The translations under genes were made by a program, and so were the position numbers. From Bigelowiella natans CCMP2755 (taxonomy: Eukaryota; Protista; Cercozoa), in assembly GCA_000320545.1 (NCBI GenBank), contig ADNK01000431.1:11426-75425 (forward strand): a stretch of 64,000 nucleotides of DNA, written 5' to 3'. Below, in pieces: positions 39,274 through 50,853 of this stretch (positions are counted from its first letter, which is position 1; the number at the start of each line of letters is the position of its first letter). The notes beneath the pieces were generated by a model. The model ran no database searches and was not told the DNA's origin. It saw only the letters and a program-made list of their open reading frames with translations.

Positions 39274-41242
39274 TTAACTTAACGCCATGTGCGTTGGGAT
39301 GGTATACCCGTCATAAGCCAGCTTAATATTCAACCCGCTCTTCTTCCCCTCTTCATCATCCACCTTGCACAATTTGTCGAGTCTGGCCTGGACTTCATCA
39401 GCATCACCGAGACTACATGACGCCCCAACGAAATATGCAAACTTTGGCTGTAGCTGAAAGGGGTCACGGCAAAGGGGGTTGAGTTTCAGGAATGCTTTTA
39501 CTGAAGAAGGCAGAGGCCGTGATATGTTCGCTTGTTGCAAAAAGAAGTAGGTAGCACAGTGGTGAGAAGAACGCATAAGAAAGGACACTCTACCTCATTC
39601 ACGAAAGCAACAGCCTCATCGTAGTTGAAATGCGTGGTATGCTTCTTAACTTGGAGACAATCGACGACCAGGATCTTGCCAACACAGATGTTATAGCGAG
39701 TGGTGACAGCAGCACGGAGAAGCGGCAGCAGCAGCAGTAACGACAAAATGAGAAGGATCAATATTACTCCCGTTTCTATCGGAAAGCACAGCAGCTACAG
39801 CAGCAAAAGGTTTGCGCTCACCACCTTGATTTTAGGTACTTTCCGAAGGTAATCCATCGATGATTTCGGCAAGGCACTTACATCTAAGAAAAGAGAAATG
39901 TAGCAATGGCAGCAGCACCAATAACAACAGAAGCAGTTCAGCTGGCTTGTTGCAGTATTATCAGTTTGTAGTTATAGTAGTGATAGCAGCAATAGCAGAC
40001 TAATCAAAGTAGAGACGATAAATGACAAAACGCATTTATCTAATAACGCGCAAATGTCTCCGCCTTTGTGCGCATTGGATGACTGCCTCTCGTAACTCAC
40101 GAACTCCATAAATTTCTACAGCGACGACACCCGCGTATCACTAAAGGATATTTGACCATTTGAGCAGCTTATATTTATACATATGCTAATATCCCAATCC
40201 CCGTCGCTTTCCCCTCCCCACAACCGACTTCCATTTTTGCTGTAGGCTCCTCGAGAACGATTCGATAAGAATCTTACGTGACCAAACACCAAAAGCACTG
40301 CAACTACTGCTGCTACTACTACTTACTACCGCTAATGTATACGAATTCTCCAGAGCGCCCAAACTCGAAGCCCAGAGAGATGTATGTGCCGCCATGGTAA
40401 ACGGGGAACAGCTTCACTCGCAAACCGCAGTCAGATGATATCTCCGCATCATCAGAAACTGTGATGAAACTAAATAAAGGCGATATGGCAAAAACAAGGA
40501 CGAAAGCGATGATGACGATGATGACGATGATGACGAAGGCGATGAAAATAACGAGGATCGGTGATGAAGTAGAGAAGGAAATTGAAGTTGATGCCCCTAG
40601 CAATTGATGCGACGGAAAAATATCCACGTCACAGCAACTTCTCGATGAGTTCCGCCAACAACGCAGAAATGCGATGAATCGTTCACTGGGGGTAGTGTTC
40701 GGAATCACGTTATTCTGGGACATACCACCGTCATGTCAATTCTGTTCTTGTGATGATGCAGGTGTTGCTACTGCTGCTTACTCTAGCTGCGCCACTCTCC
40801 GAAGAACAACATCCTTCAGACCTGGTACGCACTCTTGCTTTCTTTTGCACCACCACCACACACACACACACATGGAGACTGTTATGTTATATAAAATAAT
40901 TTATTTATTAAGAGTTTTAAGCATATTCCTCTTCCCCCTCCTTTTAATATTCTTGTTCTTGTTCTTAAATTCTCAAAGTTGCCATCACGTTGTCATGATG
41001 ATACTACTGCCATGTGTGATTCTTCTTACTTGGCTAGATATGGAAATGCTCGCTTCACAGTAGAAATCGTAGCCTTGTTGGATATCACCCTGAGCACCGA
41101 CCCATGATCGTAAAAGAGGAGGAAGTTGGGATAAAAGGAGGAGGAGGAGGAGGAGTAAATATCAGAGGGAAGAATCAGTATTAGATATCGTCAATAATTG
41201 AGTAAGGTAATACTTGCCATGAGTGTATAATCCATACTACAT

Positions 41243-41283
<41 letters not shown>

Positions 41284-41515
41284 TACCACACAAATTTATA
41301 TAACTAAAGATGGTGACTGCAGAGGTTCTTTGTGCTATTTTCGTGAGTTGTGAACAACTACTTGAGAGGCCCGGAGACCGCTCTGTAGCCAAGCTGCTTT
41401 CCACTCGAGTCGCGTACCTACATGTATTATCACTCTTCATTTAAAAAGAATCGTGGTCATTTTTCTCAAGTTCGACTACGTAGAGTCCCCAGGGGTAAAG
41501 ATGCTATATAAGTAT

Positions 41516-41558
<43 letters not shown>

Positions 41559-42781
41559 TAGTTTGTGGACTTGGTTTTCCTATTAATGGTGTCTCACCTC
41601 CCGAATCTGCTGCAAATCCCTCACATCGTCCAATCCTAGAGCAGCAGTAGCAGCAGTAGCAATAACAGTGATGATGTCATAGAAAGCACTACTTTGAGAT
41701 GATGTCTTCTTCGCATGCTTGTCGTCGACAAAAACAGTGTCACTATGGTGCTGGGAATCAAGACACAGAACTCGTAACTTACGGGTTCCTATTTTGTGAT
41801 TTTAAACCAGAAATACTCTCTGGAAGGCTTAAACGTAACTTCGATTTGTACTCTACGCTTAATCCTACACTGTTTTGCACTAAATTGACCTAATATTGCG
41901 TCTGCATGGCCATGTGTGAGGAATATCTGATGGACCCAAAAGGTATCATGTAATTCCAAAATCACAACAAAAAAGAGACTAGCATGAACATCCATCCGAA
42001 TATAATGCCTTTCCTAGCTTTCACGCCTTTTCCTCTGCCCCCCACCCATCAATTCACCCTACCGTATTGATATTTACAACATCCAGACGAGGTAAAACGT
42101 TCATGTTCGCCACTGCAAAAGATTACGATTCATTTTGAGCCGGGGGCAGAGAGAGCAAACAAGTCCAGCGAAAAATATGAAAGGTCGAAGATTATGGATT
42201 TTGTTGTGTGAATGTGTACACATATATGAACAGTCATAGAATTCGGGGACTAACCACTATGATGATGACCGGCCTTGTTGTGTATGCATGTTTGGCGCAT
42301 CTCAAGAAGCGCAAGCACTCAAACCTCTCATTGTCTTGCCAACATCAACAAGAATATTCGCCCTCTCTGAGCCTTTGGCAGCCGCGACTCGCAGCAGAAT
42401 AGACACGTTATTGCGCCGATTACGCGATGTCGCGTTCTCATGTGCATCCTGGCATACCTAAAAACGGCAAATATTGGCCGAAGAGTTTACACACCCCTTA
42501 ATTCAGCACTGCACACTACCTACAGATAAGAACAGTACCTTGCAGTTCTTGTTCAAGATGTGGGAGAGATTCGGAATCCCTGGATTGAAAAAATCGACAT
42601 CGTTGACGACATCGTTGACGACACAGTTTTTATTTGTTTGGGGGGGATGGGCTGAGCTACCATACATCTACTAACCCGTACTCACTCCAGTCCCAATAAA
42701 CGTCACATCGAAGAACCCGTTTGGAGGGGGCTTAACACCACGCAATCCTTTCCTCTCCCCGGCGTCTGCCTCGGATTCCAT
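39274..42781 (-). CDS. PhnP-like metallo-beta-lactamase-fold hydrolase
   Basis: DVTFIGTGVSTG|IP..., SRNRRNNVSILL...NILVDVGKTMR, IFLTHGHADAILG|LDDVRD (HxHxD), FPVYHGGTYISLGFEFG..FVYISDV, ILVVDCL..HTTHFNYDEA, LAYDG. Confidence 0.9.
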
Positions 42782-43119
42782 GCAACAGGGGTGAGTAAGA
42801 AGGTCGCTGTTGGAGTGTTGTCGATTAAAACTCGAGAAAAACTCCGACGATTGTTCGTCTGCGACAAGGAAATAAAGGCAATTATCCCGCCCTTTCTCCC
42901 CTCTCTCTGAGACTTTTCCCCGAAAGATCTCGGAAGCCATATAATTCGTGATTGGGAATATGACGGAGAAAATAGACAAAAAACTTAGGTATTTTATATA
43001 GTGCGACAACAATAAAAATGGAAGTGTGTAGTTTATTGTTCGGCGTACTCATCGTTGCAGCCTCGGATTAAATCCATATTTCTGGGAAAGCGAGGGGGGG
43101 AAACACTTGGGCAAGCGCA

Positions 43120-43898
43120 ATGCTGCGCCGCTTTCCCCGCGAGAACGATGACACCCGTCGCTTTAAGAATAAAGTCTTTACACTTGGCGACCGCATCCAG
43201 GTTTTTATATGATGACATCGCGTGGCTGGCTAGTTGCTTAGTTTCTGCGACTTATCTGCTCTCCCATGTAATAGGTTACAAATCCGCACGCAGCAGCACC
43301 TTTTGGATACAAGTCGCTACAAACATCGCTGCACAAAATCAAGAATATGAAAGGCACTATCGTTGTCTTCGAGGGAGAGTCGATCGCTGTCATCAAGATC
43401 AAGTGAGAAGGATGAATGCTGAAGCTATATGCAGAAGCAAAGGGGAAAGGGGGCAGAGAGAGCCAGCGACTGACATTGGGATTAGGGAGACATTTTTTGC
43501 GTGTATACCGAAGAAATTGAAACTCACAATAACTAACATTTTGCATTCGTACATGAAAATCAGTGATAAAAGACGGCAATTTCTACACAGGCTTGCAATG
43601 CCTGATCTGCAGCCCTTCTTTAGTGCCACCAGCCTTGATAGTGACGTAATTTAAGACACTTAAGCAAATATTCAATCTATAAGAAGCCGAGGAGTAGCAT
43701 ACCATTCAAGTTTATAACACACATATTTGTGCGTGTTTTTAATGTATACCATTCTACAAAGCCTTTCATACGCTCATCAACGGACCAATTTCTCGGTCAT
43801 AACTATTCTTTTCGTGCTTATCATACTCTAAGATTGTCTCTATAATTGGGGGATACCTCACAATGAAAGTTTGCAAGGTTACATAAATGTATGTATGA

Positions 43899-43935
<37 letters not shown>

Positions 43936-44428
43936 GTTAACAAAGGCTGATTCATCCCCCCAGCGTTGCCTTCATTCGTTGCCGTATATACAAGGTTTAC
44001 GTCTACAAGCCGCAGTCTTTATTCCAGGTGCCTCTCTCATCGATAAAGGTCTTGATATTCCAAACATTTTAATTTCACCCTTCCCTCCCCCAAAAAGCAG
44101 TTGCTTCACACCTGTATAACACAAAGCAAAACTTCCTATCATCTTTCCTTTGCCGACACGTCGCTGACTTGTATCTATATGCGTTCTTCAGTGCATCGAT
44201 GAAGGAGTCTTCCGCAGGCCAGATCCTTTAGGTAAGCAGATCTACCCTGGCATGCAACGGCTTTATCGGCGTCACGGGGACATCAAAGAGTGGCTGAAGA
44301 AAATTGATGTCGAATCTTGGAGCTCGAAGAAGATCCAACAAGCAAAGAACTACAATGAAAGACTCAAGGAACACTGGGAAAAGGTATATGGTGCCATAAA
44401 TCATACTAGCTCTGGCGTGCTCCTTTAG
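43120..44428 (+). CDS. Hypothetical protein (~185 aa, 6 exons)
   Basis: Phase-consistent GT-AG chain: MLRRFPRENDDTRRFKNKVFTLGDRIQ|VTNPH...MKGTIVVFEGESIAVIKIK|LAMPDLQPFFSATSLDSD|IVSIIGGYLTMK|VPLSSIK|CIDEGVFRRPDPLGKQIYPGMQRLYRRHGDIKEWLKK...GVLL*. Confidence 0.65.
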
Positions 44429-44522
44429 AATGGCGGAGCGTTGCACTTGGCTGATAAAACCACCAACGTGAAACACGGCCGAGATCTTCAGAATTAGATG
44501 CGAAGCCACTTTAGTGAAGAAC

Positions 44523-44612
44523 ATGAATAAATTAGCTTATATCATATGTAGGAATAATCTGATGAATAAATTAGCTAATAACATATCTAGGAATAATCTG
44601 ATGAATAAATTA
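44523..44612. repeat. 39-bp tandem repeat x2.3 in a 3' region
   Basis: atgaataaattagct(t/a)ata(t/a)catat(g/c)taggaataatctg starts at 44523, 44562 and 44601. Confidence 0.9.
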
Positions 44613-45088
44613 TCTCTACAATCACATGCAACAATAACAGAGCGCTCAATATGCAAAAGATATCTGTGCACAGATAAAATATTGCTAGCACATAAAAACA
44701 TTATACATTGGCGCAAGCACTTGCAAAAGAACATCATTGTGTGCACCAGCAAGACAGACAAGCATGATGCATACATCAATTTACAGTAGGATCTACTATT
44801 TCCTTCATTATGCTACATATATCAAGTAATAGTACATGTACACATAGCTATATAGGGAAGACAGAGGGAGAGAGAAAGAGAACGGGAGAGAAAGACAGCG
44901 CGAAGATGAAGCAGCTAGCAAAAAATAGCACTCCGATTGCCACGCATTGCAACTAATTGCTGGTGTACGCGCATAGATATCACATACACGTATAATCTTA
45001 TATGTGCAGCCAATCTTCTTCTTATTCACCATTATTCGAAGGTCACACTACATGTGCTGCTGACAACTACCAGAAGTATCACCCAAAT

Positions 45089-45585
45089 CTACATGTCCAA
45101 TAATTCATCAAGTTCAGCATCATAGTCATCAGCAGGCGTCGCCTCTTCCTTCGCGATTGCAGATCTCCCCTGCTGCTCAGCCTCACCCCCGTTGCTGTTT
45201 CGCTCAGAAGCCGGTAGCGCAGCTGTGGAAAGAGAAGTGGGCCCTGGAGCACCCGCAGAATGGCGTATTAGTTGAAAAGTGGAACATTAGATGTGAACAC
45301 TAGCGATCGAAAAGCTTCTAAAAACAATATTTTTCTCCGCGAAATAACAAACTGCATGGTGAATCCCATAGATAACTGCCCTGCGACACGGCAAAAGCTT
45401 GCCGCGGCGGTGTGTTGTTTACATGGCTAGTAGAATGACGATAAGATGATGCACCTTCTTCCACAGCAGCTGCAGACGGATTCAGATCTAGGAGCTGTGG
45501 TAGATGCATGCATGTAATTCGTACATCAGCGCTCATAAATAACGGTATACACACCACAGATGATGATGCGCCAACAGTGAACGTA

Positions 45586-45620
<35 letters not shown>

Positions 45621-45670
45621 AAGAAGAACAGAGGCAAATTTATCGGAATAACGGAAAGAAAAAAAGAGTG

Positions 45671-45712
<42 letters not shown>

Positions 45713-46103
45713 ATGTGTGTGTGTGTGTGTGTGTGTGTAGTGTGTCTGCTTGTGCGTGTGAACATGCATATTTTACTGCTGACTTCGTCAAGGTCTTCCT
45801 CGATTTCTTGCGGCATTCCATCAAGCCTATCATCTCCGGGAGGGCGACTCCCATTCGCTATTTCCCTGCTTTCACTGGGATTTTCCTTCGGCTGATGCCC
45901 GGGAGGGAGAGACTGGCCCGAGAGCGTGTTTGCTTTTCTGTCGGAGGCCTCCGTTGCGGCGTTGTCGTCGTGGACTTTGTCATTTTTTTCATCGAAAGCT
46001 TCTTGCATAGCTTCATCGCCCTTGGCCCATATCTCCGCGACGTTCAATTCGACGTCATTCTCGACCCTGAATTACATGTTTTAATAATATATATATATAT
46101 CAT

Positions 46104-46144
<41 letters not shown>

Positions 46145-46657
46145 CCATCTATGTCCAAATAGCCCCTTCCCCCATTCCCCTCCCCCATCCCCTTTTTACT
46201 TATAAATCCCTGCCGGGAGTATCAGCTTGCCGCCACTCTAATGTTGTAATATAGCAGCAGCGATGAGACGCAATAAGAAGTTTCTTCGCGGCACAATCGA
46301 ACATCGTTGTGTGATATCGAAAGGAGGAAATCATGAAAAGCGCCTTGAGCATCTAATTCCAGACAATTTTGGGGACGAGGATCGTCAGAATGTTAAGTGT
46401 TGGGGAAATCATCATAAGCGTTCTTCGTCGTCATTGTATAAATGCATGCATATCCTCTTCTTCGTCCTCGCCCCTCTCCTGCATCATCATCCTCGTATCT
46501 CCGAAGAACGTATATAATTCTTGTCGTCTTACATACAGATGTCAGCAGCTTGTATAAGGCTTCACGTAGAGAGGCTTTAGAAATTCTCCTAAAATGTTAT
46601 GCTTTATTCTTATTAAATTCGTTTACGCATTACGTCTACATCTAAATATTACACAAA

Positions 46658-46718
<61 letters not shown>

Positions 46719-47873
46719 CGTATACGCTATATTTGATGCTAGTGCGCTCTTTCTCTAAAAGGTTCTCCCAACACTGAAACCATCTTCTTCTTTTCTTTTC
46801 ACACTTCGATCATAAGCAACAACCATGGATTGAGATCCCTACCAACCCCGTCCCCAGCTTCGACGATTCGGAACTGCTCTGCTACTGCCGCCTTCTGGCT
46901 GTTGCTTTTGGCGCTGTTATCGTCGGGATGAGCACCCGGTCCCCTCCCCGCCTTCTTGAAGTCACGTTCTTGGTTCGTGCTCTTCCGTGTTTCGCTATCC
47001 GTCACGTAGAGCTCATTCTACGGTGTCGATGACGTTGTTCAAGCATTCGTAATGACCACGATGAAAATGATGATGATCACGGCAAGAGCTCTCTCTCTCT
47101 CTCTCTCCCCCTCTCTCTTTCTAAACTTACTACCTGGAACATTTTTCTTGTGTACCTGATAGGTGTAGACGTCATCAGTGGGAGTGCAAGGAATCAAGTG
47201 GAATCGTCGAACAGAAGAATCAAAGCGGTCAAAAATAGAGGGAGGGAAGACCGGAGCTACTATTACTACTACTACTACTACTACTACTACTACCAGTATT
47301 ACTCTAATAATTCCTCGTCGTCGCCATTATCATCTCCTTCTCCTCCTCCAAGACCATATCGATGCAAGTTGCTGCCTAATGGTCGTGGACCTGACGTTGC
47401 ATATAAGACGATGCCATTTACTAATACGACGGCGTCGTTGTTTCGGATAGAGGCTCCATGTTACTTAACCTCGATTTTCTTCCACGTATTTTCTTCCTCG
47501 ATTTGTGTTCGATGTTCGTGCGTGTTGACCCACCCCAACGTCTCTGGTCTACTCCCTCTTCATCAGTGTCGGGTTGATCTTCGAATCTACCATCCCTCGT
47601 TCTTGAATTGCCTCTTCTACCGCCGCGGCCTCCGCGTCCTCGTCCCTTCCCTCCCCGCTTTCTGTAATTTGATATCGACTTTTTCTTCCTCCAGTCCCGC
47701 GTTCTGTTGTTCTGTGGCCCTTTACCCCGGCCGCCACCCCGGCCGCCTCCCCGGCCTCTTCCCCTTCCCCCGCGACGGCCTCGGCCGCTCTGTGAAAGGT
47801 TGGCGTTGGTTATTGTTACAGGACAGTAGAAGAATCACGGTGTAGCACGGGGGGAAGGGGAGGAAAGCACCAT
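45089..47873 (-). CDS. RGG-rich protein resembling Aven
   Basis: ATG-only first coding exon, then SGRGRRGGRGRGRGGGRGG...; RPLGSNLHRY (Aven SNWDRY), EQFRIVE (SQFRFAE), LREALYKL..ELNVAE (LVRALQEL..LNVAAE), C-terminal DAELDELLDM*. Confidence 0.55.
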
Positions 47874-48139
47874 TGTTATCAGGCTGGAAATTAAGCGCAA
47901 AAAACTGACTGATTTATACCTGCGACAAGAGGAAGTTATATGTCGCAGGGTGGAATTATTGGTTGTCCAGCTCTCCTGGGAAATCAACGATTCTGTCAGA
48001 TAAAACGGCTGATATTTTCCATCTGCGACAACTATCTCAGACCTTGTCGCCCGTCCGAAGATAATCTGGCAACGGAACGCTTCCCCTCCGCGTTTGAAAA
48101 AGACCGCTGCGGAGGGGGGGGAGAACTTCATAGGGCCGC

Positions 48140-50116
48140 ATGAATCAACGTCCCTCGGATAGCTGGGGGAGGGGAAGAGACTCCGAAGTGGCTCTTTTGA
48201 GACGGTGTGTTCAACGAAATTCGTACGTTGCACTGCTCCTTACAGCGATGGCGTCTCTCACGAGACTGCTCCTTGTTCCACAAATCCCCGGTGCCCGCAC
48301 GATTGGGAGAGAGGCGATAGGCAAAAATGAGTCGGATCGCCGTAGATATATATCCCCTGCAGATCTGCCAGAGTTTCCGCCCTTCCGTCGCCCTGTAGAG
48401 CGGAGTCGTTATGGAAATAGACACCATTGCAGCATGCCCGTACTACCCGATCATGATGAACGGCTGGTGGCGATCCAATCACGGTATCGAGGAGATCTGT
48501 TGTACTCTATCACAGGCAAAGATAGATCAACTAGTAAGCTCCGTGGGTATCAAGGAGGGGGCGCAAGAGGTCACACACAAAGAGCTCGGATGACCGATGA
48601 TAACGCTTCTTCTGATCCAGCTTCCAGAGGTACCTACCGGAGCGAAAGAAGTTTTTTTGCCATTGGAGATCTTTCGGAGAAGAATCGCCTTTATGCTAGA
48701 TGGCTAAGGGCACAGCTACGTGGAGATGAGTCAGAAGCCGAGGATATTCATGAGCTGATCCAGACCACAAAGGAGGACGAGAAGCGACGGAAGGACGAGG
48801 AGGAAGCACAGGGAAAGATACACGGAAACCAGAAGGGCAGAGCTAAGTTGTTTTCACGACAGCAGCAGCAGCGGAATAAGGAAAACTTCCAGGATTTATT
48901 CGAGAGTTTCTACAAAGAGAGTGGGTCCCGTGCCAACATTGAAATGCTACGTCATAACGATAGCCAAACCAGGACGGTGGGAGGTGCAGATGCGGCAGCA
49001 TCACGCATTCAGAGCAAGCGAGGTTCAATTTTCCAAATGGGTGACACACCGAACTACTTGGACAACGGAAAGGACTTTGAAGATCTCGTGCGATTCGCTC
49101 TCACTCGGAAGACGACGTCGTCCATGAACATCAGCATCGAAGAGCTCGAGGCCAATGAGAAACGAGACTCATACGTGAACCACATGAGACCGATGATTGA
49201 AGGTGCAAACAGTTTCGTCCCCCCGCCGGAATGGATGGATAATAACGACGAGGGGGGAGGAGGAGGGGATGACGAGATGCAGCAAGCGGGTGGTGATCAG
49301 TATAATCCAGCTGCCTTCACAGGCCTGGCATTCGCACTCGATCCTCGCTCAAATGGTTTCCGATCCGATCTCATCGTTTCCAGAGGACCTCTTTGCTTCA
49401 TGGTTCCAACGCTGTATTATCCTTTAGCCCGAGGGCATTGTTGGGTCGTGGCCATTGATACGGACTCGAGATGTACAATGGACCTCGAGGACGACGCGCT
49501 GGAGGACGTATATAATTACAAGAAGTCGATTGTCAGCATGAACCGTCGGCGGGGCCTGCGCACGGTCTTTTTCGAGACAGCTGTACAGCTGGAGGGGGCA
49601 AAGCGTAGGCCCATCGTGGAGGCTGTCGCCCTACCAGAAAAGTCGTTTGCCAGCTCACGCATCTTTTTCAAAAAAGCTATGGTTGACGCTGGGAGCGATT
49701 GGAACACGGTCTCTGCATCTGGGAAGAAGGTTCTTGAGACCTCGCCAGGAAGGCACCCGCTGGCTCATGTTCTCCCTCGTGGCGACTTTCCGTATTTCCA
49801 CGTGGAATTCGAGATGGAGGGGGGCTACGTGCATGTCATCGAGGACGAAGGGCTATTTGATTTGGATTTTGGTCGCAATGTCCTCACTGGCCTCCTCGGG
49901 ATAGATGATGCTAACGTCGCTAGCACTTCCTCCGTCCCTTCCCTTTATGACCAGCAGCAGAGAGCGATGGACCTGAGAACAAGATTCAAGCGGTTCGATT
50001 GGACGCCTAGTTACTACGCGCAGGCAGAGAAAGAAGTACAGGAAGAGGGGGGGAATGAAGAAGAAGAAGAAGAATTAGGGCGAACCGCACGGAGAACCAA
50101 ACGTGCGCACAGATGA
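48140..50116 (+). CDS. CWF19L2: CWF19-like protein 2 (CwfJ C-terminal domains), single long ORF; true start uncertain
   Basis: LYARWLRAQLRGD, LIVSRG, PLARGHCWVV, VYNYKKSIVSM, VFFETA, IFFKKAM..SDW, LPRGDFPYFHVEF..GGYVHVIEDE..F..DFGRNVL, FKRFDWT. Confidence 0.88.
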   Translation: MNQRPSDSWGRGRDSEVALLRRCVQRNSYVALLLTAMASLTRLLLVPQIPGARTIGREAIGKNESDRRRYISPADLPEFPPFRRPVERSRYGNRHHCSMPVLPDHDERLVAIQSRYRGDLLYSITGKDRSTSKLRGYQGGGARGHTQRARMTDDNASSDPASRGTYRSERSFFAIGDLSEKNRLYARWLRAQLRGDESEAEDIHELIQTTKEDEKRRKDEEEAQGKIHGNQKGRAKLFSRQQQQRNKENFQDLFESFYKESGSRANIEMLRHNDSQTRTVGGADAAASRIQSKRGSIFQMGDTPNYLDNGKDFEDLVRFALTRKTTSSMNISIEELEANEKRDSYVNHMRPMIEGANSFVPPPEWMDNNDEGGGGGDDEMQQAGGDQYNPAAFTGLAFALDPRSNGFRSDLIVSRGPLCFMVPTLYYPLARGHCWVVAIDTDSRCTMDLEDDALEDVYNYKKSIVSMNRRRGLRTVFFETAVQLEGAKRRPIVEAVALPEKSFASSRIFFKKAMVDAGSDWNTVSASGKKVLETSPGRHPLAHVLPRGDFPYFHVEFEMEGGYVHVIEDEGLFDLDFGRNVLTGLLGIDDANVASTSSVPSLYDQQQRAMDLRTRFKRFDWTPSYYAQAEKEVQEEGGNEEEEEELGRTARRTKRAHR

Positions 50117-50853
50117 TAGAGGAGACAGCACGGAGAGAGAAGAATTATATGATGAACATCAGCACCAGGTCTGATACAAAAAATTGCGATGCTACGGCCG
50201 CCTTTCATCATCTATCATGACTCACGATTTATTTGCGGACATTGCTATGCTAAGCTAGTCGTTCATCTTTTGCTAGTGCATACATGTAAGCGCGCGCAAT
50301 ATGTAGCCATAAATTATTGATCAAGCGCTCCTGCCTGCCATTGCGCATGATGCAGCAAGGATGTGGACGACCATGCATCTATTGAAATAAACGTCCACAA
50401 CACACGAAAGAGACTCAGGAAACAACTGGCGACTGCGATCATGTATGCATAGGTGGGATACATGACACAAGGAAACACATCACACTATTGGAATTGGAGC
50501 ATCGCGCAGCATATGCGTGCTCTATGTACGTTGCATATGTAACATAACACTATTGTAACACATGCTTTTGGTAGTAGTGTGCTAGCATGGTGCACATCGA
50601 TCATTGCAGAAATAAACGAACAAATGTAATAACGGGAGCGCTGTAGCGCCGCCGCTGTGCATGGCTAGATAGCTACCTGTGAGAGCCTACATATATATAA
50701 CTACATTATATATATTAGGGCTCTCTCGTACAACCAGGTATACGAACATAAGTAGTTAAGCGCACATGTTCTATTTTACGTGCACATGTCCCACATATGT
50801 TCTAGAGAACTTTGTACGTGAGAGCCTACATATGAGACGGATGTGATGAAGAA

